Below, one piece after another: positions 45,754 to 55,175 of a stretch of 64,000 nt of DNA (positions are counted from its first letter, which is position 1; the number at the start of each line of letters is the position of its first letter). Source of the DNA: Flavobacteriales bacterium. Lineage in GTDB: Bacteria; Bacteroidota; Bacteroidia; Flavobacteriales_F; PHOS-HE28. The notes beneath the pieces were generated by a model, which saw only the letters and a program-made list of their open reading frames with translations, ran no database searches and was not told the DNA's origin. Location: assembly GCA_046306055.1 (NCBI GenBank), contig JBKDXR010000024.1, positions 7,073 through 71,072 on the forward strand, given 5' to 3'. Position numbers and translations under genes: made by a program.

Positions 45754-45793
45754 GCCATGTGCTCATGTGCGCATCTGCCCATTTGCCCATGTT
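45754..45793 (+). repeat. tandem degenerate octamer array (NNCATNTG x5) in the rbfA / ABC-exporter divergent region
   Basis: gccatgtg ctcatgtg cgcatctg cccatttg cccatgtt. The first 17 nt are identical to the minus strand of 44438..44454. Confidence 0.7.
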
Positions 45794-45886
45794 CGGCTGG
45801 TCGTCCATGCCAATGCTCATTCGCGATGCCCGACCCTCCACGGCAAAGGGCGCCATGTTCCTCACCGGACAACCGCCTCCACCCGG

Positions 45887-45894
45887 TACCTTCG
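45887..45894 (+). promoter_or_regulatory. putative -7 promoter box (TACCTTCG) for the ABC exporter gene
   Basis: ggtaccttcgccttcccgc-ATG, 9 nt upstream of ATG 45904. Confidence 0.4.
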
Positions 45895-45903
45895 CCTTCC
45901 CGC

Positions 45904-47748
45904 ATGCGCAACTTCTTCCGCATCCTTCGCTTCGGCGCTCCCTACCGGCACTATGCGGTGCTCAACGCGGTGTTCAACCTGCTGGGCACGGTGTTCCACC
46001 TGGCCTCGCTGCTGCTGTTCATCCCCTTTCTGCGCTTGTTGCTGGGGCAGGTGCAGCCCGTGCATGAACGCCCTGCTGCATTGTGGACCCGCGATGGACT
46101 GGAGGGCACGTTCAACTGGGTGCTCACCCAGCTCATTGAGGAGCGTGGGCAGATGGGCGCGCTGCTGGTGATCAGCATCGGGGTGGTGGTGCTTTTCCTG
46201 CTGAAGAACGTGTTCCGCTACCTCGCGCTCGTCGCCATTTGCAACTTCCGCAACCTCATCATCCGCGACATCCGGGCACGCATCTACGACAAGCTGCTGG
46301 AGCTGCCACTGCGCTACCACGCTGGCGAACGCAAGGGCGATCTGCTCTCGCTGATCACCAACGATATGCAAGTGGTGGAGTATTCGGTGATGTATTACAT
46401 CGAGATGATCTTCCGGGAACCCATCGCGGTGATCCTCTTCCTCGGCACCATGCTCACGCTGTCGCCGCAGTTGACGGTGATCTCGCTGTTGCTTCTTCCC
46501 GTGAGCGGCCTGCTCATCGCACGCATCAGCAAAAGCCTGAAGCGCAAGAGCGCACGGGTGCAGGAGAAGAGCGCCGATCTGCTCGCACGCGTGGAGGAGA
46601 CCCTGACGGGCATCCGCGTGATCAAGGCGTTCAACGGCGAGGCCGACATGAAACGGCGGTTCGATCGCGACAACGACCTGCTCACGCGTTCGAGCATCGC
46701 CATGCTCAACCGGCAGGATATCGCTTCGCCCCTGAGCGAGACCATGGGCGCCGCTGTGATGGCCGCCATTGCCTTCATCGGCGGGTCGTTCGTGCTGGGG
46801 CCCGATCCATCGCTCACGGGCGACAGCTTCCTGGGCTTCATCATCATCTTCTCGCAATTGCTGGCGCCGATCAAGGGCTTTTCGCAGGGCTGGAGCGGTA
46901 TTACGAGGGGCGGAGCCAGTGGCCAGCGCATCTTCGACCTGATCGCGGTGGAGAACACCGTGAAGGAGAAGCCCGATGCACGTCCCATTTCCGCGTTTAC
47001 CGACCGCATCGAATACCGCGATGTGACCTTCGCCTACGAAGCACCGCCCAGCGATGGAGGCGAGCGCCGGAACGTGTTGCAGGACATCCGCATCACCGTG
47101 CCCAAAGGGCGTAGCGTGGCCCTGGTGGGTACCAGCGGTGGCGGCAAGACCACCCTGGCGAACCTGCTGCCCCGCTTCTTCGATGTGACGCAGGGTCAAC
47201 TGCTGATCGATGGACAGGACGTGCGCGACCTGCGGATCCGGGACCTGCGCGCGCTCATGGGCATCGTTACGCAGGATAGCATCCTCTTCAACGACACGGT
47301 GGCCAACAACATCGCCTTCGGTACACCGGGGGTGGCGCAGGCCGACATCGAGCGGGCAGCGCGCATCGCCAATGCCCACGATTTCATCACGCGCTTGGAG
47401 AACGGTTACCAGACCAACATCGGTGATGGCGGCAACCGCCTCAGCGGGGGACAGAAGCAGCGCCTCAGCATTGCCCGGGCCGTGTTGAAGAATCCGCCGA
47501 TCCTCATCCTCGACGAGGCCACCAGCGCGCTGGACACCGAGAGCGAACGCCTGGTGCAGGAGGCGCTGTACAAGATGCTCGAAGGCCGCACCAGTTTGGT
47601 GATCGCGCACCGGCTCAGCACCATCCAGCACTGCGACGAGATCTGCGTGATCGACAAGGGCCGCATCATCGAGCGGGGCACACACACTGAGCTCTACGCT
47701 GCCGGAGGGCAGTACCGCAAGCTGTGCGATATGCAGGCATTCGCGTAG
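45904..47748 (+). CDS. ABC transporter permease/ATP-binding protein (MsbA-like exporter)
   Basis: Six-TM ABC_membrane domain followed by Walker A GTSGGGKTT, signature LSGGQKQR and Walker B ILILDEATS. ATG 45904 gives 614 aa. Confidence 0.9.
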   Translation: MRNFFRILRFGAPYRHYAVLNAVFNLLGTVFHLASLLLFIPFLRLLLGQVQPVHERPAALWTRDGLEGTFNWVLTQLIEERGQMGALLVISIGVVVLFLLKNVFRYLALVAICNFRNLIIRDIRARIYDKLLELPLRYHAGERKGDLLSLITNDMQVVEYSVMYYIEMIFREPIAVILFLGTMLTLSPQLTVISLLLLPVSGLLIARISKSLKRKSARVQEKSADLLARVEETLTGIRVIKAFNGEADMKRRFDRDNDLLTRSSIAMLNRQDIASPLSETMGAAVMAAIAFIGGSFVLGPDPSLTGDSFLGFIIIFSQLLAPIKGFSQGWSGITRGGASGQRIFDLIAVENTVKEKPDARPISAFTDRIEYRDVTFAYEAPPSDGGERRNVLQDIRITVPKGRSVALVGTSGGGKTTLANLLPRFFDVTQGQLLIDGQDVRDLRIRDLRALMGIVTQDSILFNDTVANNIAFGTPGVAQADIERAARIANAHDFITRLENGYQTNIGDGGNRLSGGQKQRLSIARAVLKNPPILILDEATSALDTESERLVQEALYKMLEGRTSLVIAHRLSTIQHCDEICVIDKGRIIERGTHTELYAAGGQYRKLCDMQAFA

Positions 47749-47753
47749 GCGAT

Positions 47754-49046
47754 TCAATCCGTGAAGACCACCAGCTGCGTGGCCGGGACCTCCCCGTTGG
47801 TCCGCATAACCCGGATGAGGTAGGTGCCGGCCACAAGTCCGTTTCGGTGAAGTACGATCCGTTCCGTGATCGGTCCTTCAACCTGTTGCACAAGCCGACC
47901 ACCCAGGTCCCGGATCTCGATCCGATGCACCGTAGGAAGTGAGGCGCCCAGTTGGATGGTCAGCGCATCGACCGCCGGATTGGGGGTGATATGGATGGCC
48001 TGTGTTGAGGTCTGGTCTGATACGCTGGTCCAGGTGCAACTGCTGTTCGTGCAATAGGTCACGGTCGGCGAGATGGTCCCGGTATTGATGTCAAATCCTT
48101 CTACTCCATCCATGGATGTCGCATCACATATCCTCAACGAGCCCAGGACCGTGCCATGGTTGATGCTTGAGTCTGAAATGCAGATCGTTCCATGTCCGTT
48201 CAGTGTGCCCTGATTTTCCAGCTTGGCCAGCGTTGCAAGTGAGTTCGTTTGGAAAGTGGCGCTCCCAAAATTCAATAGCTCAACTGCGGTTGTCAGGGAA
48301 TTGGGCCGCATGGTGACATTCCCGAGGAAAGTCTCAGTACCCAGTTGCAGCAGTTCGCTGCAATGAAGCTGACCGAAGTTATCCACGTTCAGCAGTTGCG
48401 CGTTGTCCATTTCCATGGCGCCTTCATTCAGCACTAGCGCGGTGCTCAACAGATAACCAGTGCTGAGTTCTCCCTCTGGAAGTACGTACAACGTGGTCAT
48501 GTATAGCAGGCTGTCCGATGTGAACGACCCTGAGTTGATCAAGGTGGCGAGTGTCCACGTCCGAGTTGTGCCAGAGGTCAGGTTTCCTGTGTTATCGAGG
48601 ATGCACTCATTAAGGAGTAGTACATTCTGAACGGTCAGGCTGCCATTATTAACGGCACTGTCACAGGACAGGGTCATGCTGCCACAACTGATGAGGCCGT
48701 TGTTCCTCAGGTGTGCAGCGGACTGGGAGAGAACGATGCTGGAAGACGAGAATAGGTGGCCGTTGTTGACCACGGACCCGCTCAGCGACAGCTCTGCGCT
48801 GGACAGTAGTTCGCCGTTGGCCTGTATGACCAACTGTGTCGGGTTGAGCGTGATATCCACATCAATGGTCAAGGCATGCGCGATGATCAATGTGTCACAA
48901 GCGATCGGGTCGCAGCCGCAGTCCCACACGTTCACATCGGTGAATGGGCCCGAGGCCACCGTGGTACAGGTGGAACCCAGGGCTGTACAAATGGGAAGCA
49001 GGGCAAGCATCAGTTGAGCTAGAAGAGTTTTCTCAATTGCTGCCAT
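47754..49046 (-). CDS. T9SS-sorted secreted protein with a beta-solenoid-like repeat core (paralogue 1)
   Basis: Signal peptide, conserved Cys-rich N-module (CTTVASGPFTDVNVWDCGCDPIACD), repeats of about 20-25 aa with NNG/NxG motifs, and a T9SS C-terminal domain. Confidence 0.7.
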   Translation of the reverse strand: MAAIEKTLLAQLMLALLPICTALGSTCTTVASGPFTDVNVWDCGCDPIACDTLIIAHALTIDVDITLNPTQLVIQANGELLSSAELSLSGSVVNNGHLFSSSSIVLSQSAAHLRNNGLISCGSMTLSCDSAVNNGSLTVQNVLLLNECILDNTGNLTSGTTRTWTLATLINSGSFTSDSLLYMTTLYVLPEGELSTGYLLSTALVLNEGAMEMDNAQLLNVDNFGQLHCSELLQLGTETFLGNVTMRPNSLTTAVELLNFGSATFQTNSLATLAKLENQGTLNGHGTICISDSSINHGTVLGSLRICDATSMDGVEGFDINTGTISPTVTYCTNSSCTWTSVSDQTSTQAIHITPNPAVDALTIQLGASLPTVHRIEIRDLGGRLVQQVEGPITERIVLHRNGLVAGTYLIRVMRTNGEVPATQLVVFTD

Positions 49047-49225
49047 TGGTGGTTTTCTTGGGAGCCGTAGCAATTCGTGGGGTCATTGGCCGTGAGGTGT
49101 ATCAGTGTGACCTGATCATGGCCTTGGCACTAATGATGGTCGTTGGGCCCTGTCAAGCGCTCATAGATAGATGAGCAACCCGCTCAATGACTGCTCTGTG
49201 AAGCTGTATTCGTTGGTGTACGACA

Positions 49226-50440
49226 TCAGTCCGTGAAGACCACCATCTGGGTGGCCATGACCTCCCCGTTGGTCCGGATCACGCGGATGAGGTAGGTGCC
49301 GGCCACAAGTCCGTTGCGGTGAAGTACTATCCGGTCCATGATCGGTTCTTCAACCTGTTGCACGAGCCGCCCACCCAGGTCCCGGATCTCGATCCGATGC
49401 ACCGTAGGAAGTGAGGCGCCCAGTTGGATGGTCAGCGCATCGACCGCCGGGTTGGGCGAGATGTGGACCGCCGGCGACGATGCTTCATCGGATACGCTGG
49501 TCCAAGAGCAACTGCTGTTCGCGCAGTAGGTCACGGATATCCAAAAGGTGCCGGTGTTCACGTCCATATAGGGCGGCACGTCCATGGTGGGCGACAGGTC
49601 GCAGATGACCAATGAGCCGCGCAGCACGCCGTGGTTCTCGGCATGGCCTTCGATACACAGCTGGCCCGGGCCGCGGATCTCCGATCCGGCCGAGTTGATG
49701 AAGTCCCGTGTACGGATGGTACTGTTGGCTTGGAGGCGGGTGTCCCCTGAGCTTAACCCGCCGAGCTTCAGGGTGCCTGAGAGCTCTATGGATCCTGAGT
49801 TGTCGATACTGCGCGCGATCAAATGATGTGAAACTACATTGGAATCATTGCGAAGGGAGGTACAAGTAAGCGAGTCCTCAACGGTAACAGTACCGCCGTT
49901 GTAGATCGTATTGCACTTGAGCGTATTGCAGCTGGTGGCGCCCGAGTTGCTGAAGAATCCCGAGCTGTAGATGACGGGACTGCTGATGCTTCCCTCATTG
50001 AACAACGGTCGTATCCAGCTATTCGTTAGTGAATCCGTGCAGATCAGCTCGCCCCGGTTAATGGTCGAATCGGAAGCCACCACGAACACCGTGCAGGCCA
50101 TGGTGCCCAGGTTCTTGGTATCATGACCGAACAGCGTGCGCACACGATGCACATTAATGGATCCCTCATTGATCAGGTCGCCATCAGGGATCAGTCGGAC
50201 CTGGCCTGTCAAGCTTCCTGTCGGGGTAATGTGGAACAACCCTCCGTTCCATTCCAGATCGGAATCGAGCGTCACGGCATGTGCGATGATCAAAGTGTCA
50301 CAGGCGATCGGGTCACAACCACAATCCCACACGTTCACATCGGTGAATGGGCCCGAGGCCACCGTGGTACAGGTGGAGGCACGCGTGGCGCCCAGCGAGA
50401 GCAGACCGACCAGAACTAGGAAGCAACGCATGCGGACCAT
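49226..50440 (-). CDS. T9SS-sorted secreted protein with a beta-solenoid-like repeat core (paralogue 2)
   Basis: Same N-module and a near-identical T9SS C-terminal domain as 47754..49046, but a divergent core. Confidence 0.7.
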   Translation of the reverse strand: MVRMRCFLVLVGLLSLGATRASTCTTVASGPFTDVNVWDCGCDPIACDTLIIAHAVTLDSDLEWNGGLFHITPTGSLTGQVRLIPDGDLINEGSINVHRVRTLFGHDTKNLGTMACTVFVVASDSTINRGELICTDSLTNSWIRPLFNEGSISSPVIYSSGFFSNSGATSCNTLKCNTIYNGGTVTVEDSLTCTSLRNDSNVVSHHLIARSIDNSGSIELSGTLKLGGLSSGDTRLQANSTIRTRDFINSAGSEIRGPGQLCIEGHAENHGVLRGSLVICDLSPTMDVPPYMDVNTGTFWISVTYCANSSCSWTSVSDEASSPAVHISPNPAVDALTIQLGASLPTVHRIEIRDLGGRLVQQVEEPIMDRIVLHRNGLVAGTYLIRVIRTNGEVMATQMVVFTD

Positions 50441-50536
50441 GGAAGGGAAAGTTAGCTGGAGCGCGTGTTGTTGTTGCCTTCGCCTAAGGACCGGCAGGTG
50501 TAGAGCAACGACCGGTTACTTTGCACGGACCCGCGC

Positions 50537-51643
50537 ATGATGACCGCCCCTGACCACCGCATCTTCGGCCTCGACCTCATGCGGGCGGTGGCCATCGTCC
50601 TGGTGGTGCTTTCCCACGCGGACGACCTCTGGGCCGCCTGGTTCCCCTATGATCCGGGACTTTCCCGCGTGGATGGGGTGGACCTCTTCTTCGTGCTGAG
50701 CGGCTACCTCATTGGTGGCATCCTGCTGCGCTACACCGCGTTGGAGGGCATCCCATGGCACCGGCGGCTGCTCGATTTCTGGCAACGCCGCTGGCTGCGA
50801 ACCCTGCCGAACTATTACCTCTTTCTCGTAATCAATATTGCACTTGTCCATTTCGGTTTGGCCATAGGCCTGCTGAACCACAATACGCTGGCCTACTTCG
50901 TCTTCCTGCAGAACCTGCATGTGCCGGTGGATCTCTTCTTCTTCGAATCGTGGTCGCTGGCCATCGAGGAATGGTTCTACCTGTTGTTCCCGGTGGTGCT
51001 CGTGCTGGTGTCCATGCTCGGGATCATGGGCCGTCGTGCCTTTCTCGTGGCGGCCTTACTGATGATAGCGGTGCCCACCTGGCTGCGGTTCCAGGTCGCA
51101 CCGGAGGTGGCCTCGCTCCAGGGCATGGACCTCTACATCCGCAAGTTGGTGGTGACCCGCCTGGACGGGATCGGGTTCGGCGTGCTGGCGGCTTGGGTCC
51201 AGGTCGGTGCGACCGCTTGGTGGCAGCGGCTGCGTGTACCTGCAGTCATGCTTGGTGCCGCGTTGCTTGTGGTTGCTGCCGTCCTGCATGGCGGATCCCA
51301 CCTGTGGTTCACCAGCACGTGGTACTTCACCCTGTCCGCGATCGCGATGGCGCTCTTATTGCCGTTGCTCAGCCTGTGGAAGAGCATGCCGCCATGGGGA
51401 CGCCCAGTGGTCTTCCTCAGCAAGGTGTCCTACGCACTCTACCTGGTCCATCTGCCAGTACGGCATCTTTATCTCCCGTTGATGGACGGCCGTTCGATGC
51501 CGGCCACCGTTTTGCTGTACGCGCTCTATTGGGCGCTCTGCCTCGCGTTGAGCTGGTTGGTGTTCCGTTACTGGGAACGACCCTTCATGGCGCTGCGTGA
51601 CCAGATCGGCAAGCGCCTGTTGCCGGCTACTCCTTCTTCTTGA
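50537..51643 (+). CDS. acyltransferase family 3 membrane protein (O-acyltransferase)
   Basis: 368 aa, about 10 TM helices, N-terminal FGLDLMRAVAIVLVVLSH motif typical of Acyl_transf_3. Confidence 0.8.
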   Translation: MMTAPDHRIFGLDLMRAVAIVLVVLSHADDLWAAWFPYDPGLSRVDGVDLFFVLSGYLIGGILLRYTALEGIPWHRRLLDFWQRRWLRTLPNYYLFLVINIALVHFGLAIGLLNHNTLAYFVFLQNLHVPVDLFFFESWSLAIEEWFYLLFPVVLVLVSMLGIMGRRAFLVAALLMIAVPTWLRFQVAPEVASLQGMDLYIRKLVVTRLDGIGFGVLAAWVQVGATAWWQRLRVPAVMLGAALLVVAAVLHGGSHLWFTSTWYFTLSAIAMALLLPLLSLWKSMPPWGRPVVFLSKVSYALYLVHLPVRHLYLPLMDGRSMPATVLLYALYWALCLALSWLVFRYWERPFMALRDQIGKRLLPATPSS

Positions 51644-53876
51644 AGAGCCGGTCGAAGATGTTGCGCCGATCGGCCTCGCTGGTGTCCCGGTCCCTTGGGC
51701 TTCTGGGGCCGAACGCGTCCTCGATCAAGCGTTCGAGCGCGCTGGGTTGTCGTCGTGCTGCACAGTCAAGTTCGGTCTCGTGGTCGATCGGAATGGTGAA
51801 TTCACGGACGTACTTCCGCCGCAAGGTGGCCGAAGCCTCGATCTGTTTCAGCGTGCGCCCGGCAATGGGCAGTGCCAGTGAGCCACCGGTGCCCAGCGCG
51901 CTGTTGAAATGCACGTCGGGCTCAAAGGCGCCCACCCAGGTGCCGATCACCAGGCCGGGTGTACACGCCACGAACCACGCATCGCTGTAGTCCTGCGAGG
52001 TGCCTGTCTTGCCCGCATAGGGACCCATGAGCCCGAAGCGCGATCGGAGTGCTGTACCAGTGCCCTGGTCCACCGCGCGGCGCAGCATGGCGATCAGGTC
52101 CGCAGCGGTATGCTCGCCAATGGCCTGCACGCTTTTCGGGGCCCTGGCCTTGTACAGTTCCTTGCCCGTGGCGTCCGTGATGCGCGTGATCAGTTGCGGT
52201 GTAACGCGCTTGCCTCCCATGGCGAAGGCACCATAGGCCGGCACCAGTTCGCGCAGGCTCACCTCAGTGGCGCCCAGTGCCATGGCGGGTTTGTCCACGT
52301 CCTTGGTGGGCAGCCCGAGGGCTTTCATCACTTGCTTCAGGGTGTCCGTCCCCGTGCGGAAGTAGAGGTCCACGGTGGGCCGGTTCATGCTCTTGGCCAA
52401 CGCGTACCACATGGCCACTTCGCCGCCCACGGTGTCCTTGTCGAAGTTGTCCGGCGTCCACCCATCGAACTCCGCGTAGCTCTTTTGCTCGTTGTCCAGG
52501 TAAGTGCAGGGGTGAAGGCCGCGCTCCAAGGCCGCTGCGTACACGATCGGTTTGATGGTGCTCGCCACCTGGCGGCGTGCCTGCACCAGGTCATAGGGTA
52601 GGTATCGGTGGTCGTTGCCACCCACCCACGCGCGCACGGCCCCGCTGGCCGGTTCCATCATCAGCACGGCGCCGTTCAGCAGCCGGTGGTAGTGCCACAG
52701 TGAGTCGCGGTAGGTCAGTGTGTCCAGGCGACGGCCTTCATGGTCGTACAACTCGCGGACCAGCTTCTCGTCGTTCTTCCATCGCTTGCCGCCGCGCTTC
52801 GCCTTGCGTTTTTCCCAGGCTTTACGCGCGCCGGCATTGCGTAGCTCGCGGTCCAGCTTGGGCTGCATGGTGGCGAGGTGCTCGTGCACGGCATCGTGTG
52901 CAGCGTGCTGCAGCTCGGTGTCCAGGGTGGTATGGATGCGAAGCCCGTCCTTCCGCAGGTCGTACGTGGTGCCCTTCTTTTTGGCCAGCTCCTTCAGGAT
53001 GCGCTGTGCTTCCTGGTCCACCTGGTGGTTGAAGTAGCCGTACAGGTCCAGGGCATCGCCGCCGGTGTAGCGCAGGGCGATGGGCAGCGCGCGCAGGCTG
53101 TCCGTGGCGGCCCGGCTGAGGTGGCCGCGATCGTGCATCAGCTCCAGCACCTGGTCGCGGCGTCCTTTGGAAGCGTCGGGATGCAGCCGTGGGTTGTACG
53201 TGGTGTTGGCCTTCAGCATACCAACGAGCACGGCCGCCTCCTGCACGTTCAAGCGCTTGGTGGGCTTGTTGAAGAAGCGCTGTGCCGCGCTCTCGATGCC
53301 ATAGGTGTTCTCGCCGAAGGGCACACTGTTGAAGTAGAGCACCAGCACATCGTTCTTGGTGAGCAGGCGTTCCAGCCGCTGCGCCACAAGGGCCTCCTTC
53401 ATCTTGGTGACGGGCACGGTGAGCAGACCATGCCGTTCCCGTCCGTAGAGGTTCTTGATGATCTGTTGCGAAATGGTGCTGCCGCCACCGCCGCTGCGGT
53501 CGCGCCCCAGCAGCGTCCGGAAGAACACGCGGATGTAGCTGCGGCCGTCCACGCCCTGGTGGGTGAAGAACCGCGCATCCTCCGTGGACACCAGTGCATC
53601 GATCAGGTGCTTTGGCAGGTCCTCGTAGTGCACGTTGGTGCGGTCCTCCGCGAAGAGCTTGCCGATGATGGTGCCATCGCTGGCCAGTACCAGCGTGGCC
53701 TCTTCATGGCGGATGTTGGAGAGCTCCTCTTCGCTGGGCAGTTCACCGAACACGCCCATGCGCACGGTCTGCATCAGCGTGAAAAAGGCCAGCAATGCCA
53801 GCGAAGCGCCGATGAGCAGCACCTTCAGCCAGGGCACACGCTTACCGCTCTTCTTCTTCGCGCTCTTCTTCGCCAT
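51627..53876 (-). CDS. mrcA: penicillin-binding protein 1A (bifunctional transglycosylase/transpeptidase)
   Basis: GT51 motifs EDARFFTHQGVD and GGSTISQQ; transpeptidase STIKP motif. Confidence 0.9.
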   Translation of the reverse strand: MAKKSAKKKSGKRVPWLKVLLIGASLALLAFFTLMQTVRMGVFGELPSEEELSNIRHEEATLVLASDGTIIGKLFAEDRTNVHYEDLPKHLIDALVSTEDARFFTHQGVDGRSYIRVFFRTLLGRDRSGGGGSTISQQIIKNLYGRERHGLLTVPVTKMKEALVAQRLERLLTKNDVLVLYFNSVPFGENTYGIESAAQRFFNKPTKRLNVQEAAVLVGMLKANTTYNPRLHPDASKGRRDQVLELMHDRGHLSRAATDSLRALPIALRYTGGDALDLYGYFNHQVDQEAQRILKELAKKKGTTYDLRKDGLRIHTTLDTELQHAAHDAVHEHLATMQPKLDRELRNAGARKAWEKRKAKRGGKRWKNDEKLVRELYDHEGRRLDTLTYRDSLWHYHRLLNGAVLMMEPASGAVRAWVGGNDHRYLPYDLVQARRQVASTIKPIVYAAALERGLHPCTYLDNEQKSYAEFDGWTPDNFDKDTVGGEVAMWYALAKSMNRPTVDLYFRTGTDTLKQVMKALGLPTKDVDKPAMALGATEVSLRELVPAYGAFAMGGKRVTPQLITRITDATGKELYKARAPKSVQAIGEHTAADLIAMLRRAVDQGTGTALRSRFGLMGPYAGKTGTSQDYSDAWFVACTPGLVIGTWVGAFEPDVHFNSALGTGGSLALPIAGRTLKQIEASATLRRKYVREFTIPIDHETELDCAARRQPSALERLIEDAFGPRSPRDRDTSEADRRNIFDRLFKKKE

Positions 53877-53939
53877 GGGTCACTGGGACACAACGTGGCA
53901 CGGAGAACGATCATGATGTCGTCCGCCGTGCGTTGTCGT

Positions 53940-55172
53940 TCATTCTTCGCCGCCTTCGAGGTATTCGTCCTTGAACAGCAGGTCGCTTTCGTAGGGGTAG
54001 CGCGCCACGTGCAGGGCCTTCACACGCTCGTAGAGCAGCTTGCGCAGGCCATCGAGGTTGACGCGTTGCGCGGCGCTGATGAAGATGCATTCCTCGCCGT
54101 TCATACGGGCCATCCACGTTTCCTTCAGTTCTTCCAGGGTGAACTGCTCCTCGCGTTTCGGGGCCAGGTCGTCGGGGTCGTGCGGGGCCGGACGGTAGGC
54201 ATCCACTTTGTTGAAGACCACGATCACCGGCTTGTCACCAGCGCCGATCTCGTTCAGCGTCTGCTTCACCGTTTCGTACTGCTCCTCGAAGTTGTGGTGG
54301 CTGATGTCCACTACGTGCAGCAGCAGGTCGGCCTCGCGGGTCTCGTCCAGCGTGCTCTTGAAGCTCTCGATGAGCTGTGTAGGCAGCTTTCGGATGAAGC
54401 CCACCGTGTCGCTCACCAGGAAGGGCAGGTTGCCCAGCACGATCTTGCGCACCGTGGTGTCCAGCGTGGCGAAGAGCTTGTTCTCGGCGAAGACCTCGCT
54501 CTTGCTGAGCAGGGTCATCAGGGTGCTCTTGCCCACGTTGGTGTAGCCCACCAGCGCCACGCGGATCAGTTTGCCGCGGTTGCTGCGTTGCGTGGCCATC
54601 TGCCGGTCGATCTGCTTCAGTTGGTCCTTCAGCAGGGCAATGCGGTCGCGCACCAAGCGGCGGTCCGTCTCGATCTCCTTTTCACCCGCACCGCCGCGTG
54701 TGCCCGTACCACCGCGCTGGCGTTCCAAGTGGGTCCACAGCTTGGTAAGGCGCGGCAGCATGTATTCGTACTGCGCCAGTTCCACCTGTGTTTTGGCGTG
54801 TGCGGTGCGGGCGCGGCGGGCGAAGATGTCCAGGATCAGGCGCGGACGGTCTAGAACGGGTTTCGCCAGTTCCTTTTCCAGGTTGCGTTGTTGTGCCGGT
54901 GAGAGCTCGTCGTCGAAGATGATGCAGTCCGCACCGTGCTCCTCCATCCAAGCCTTCACTTCCGCCAGCTTGCCGCTGCCCACATAGGTGCGGCCATCGG
55001 GTCGGTGCAGGCGCTGGGTGAAGCGCTTCAGTGTGGTGATGTCCGCTGTGGTGGCCAGGAACTCGAGCTCGTCGAGGTACTCCTTCACCTGTTCGGTATC
55101 CTGGCCGTCCGTGATCAGGCCGATCAACACGGCCTTCTCAGCCTTTCCCTTCAGTTCCAGTGGGTCTATCAT
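53940..55172 (-). CDS. hflX: GTPase HflX
   Basis: HflX N-domain followed by G1 GYTNVGKST and G3 DTVGF. Confidence 0.9.
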   Translation of the reverse strand: MIDPLELKGKAEKAVLIGLITDGQDTEQVKEYLDELEFLATTADITTLKRFTQRLHRPDGRTYVGSGKLAEVKAWMEEHGADCIIFDDELSPAQQRNLEKELAKPVLDRPRLILDIFARRARTAHAKTQVELAQYEYMLPRLTKLWTHLERQRGGTGTRGGAGEKEIETDRRLVRDRIALLKDQLKQIDRQMATQRSNRGKLIRVALVGYTNVGKSTLMTLLSKSEVFAENKLFATLDTTVRKIVLGNLPFLVSDTVGFIRKLPTQLIESFKSTLDETREADLLLHVVDISHHNFEEQYETVKQTLNEIGAGDKPVIVVFNKVDAYRPAPHDPDDLAPKREEQFTLEELKETWMARMNGEECIFISAAQRVNLDGLRKLLYERVKALHVARYPYESDLLFKDEYLEGGEE

Positions 55173-55175
55173 AGG

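Noticed and set aside
44438-45770. The 17-bp perfect inverted repeat flanking a 1.3-kb segment could be read as transposon or MITE termini.
   Set aside because: The enclosed genes are rbfA and a methyltransferase (core genes). There is no transposase and no target-site duplication. Each copy is oriented toward a downstream exporter gene and heads an octamer array, so a regulatory reading fits better.
52878-54854. Very long ORFs antisense to strong homologues. Examples: 52878..54854 (+, 658 aa), 45862..47757 (-, 631 aa), 29501..31165 (-, 554 aa), 24086..25528 (+, 480 aa), 15724..17106 (-, 460 aa), 6907..8160 (+, 417 aa), 22419..23594 (-, 391 aa), 27705..28883 (-, 392 aa).
   Set aside because: These are typical high-GC shadow ORFs. 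Their translations are Arg/Ala/Gly/His-rich and low in complexity, with no motifs. The opposite strand encodes proteins with unmistakable family signatures (PBP1A/HflX, ABC exporter, kdsB, GdhA and others).
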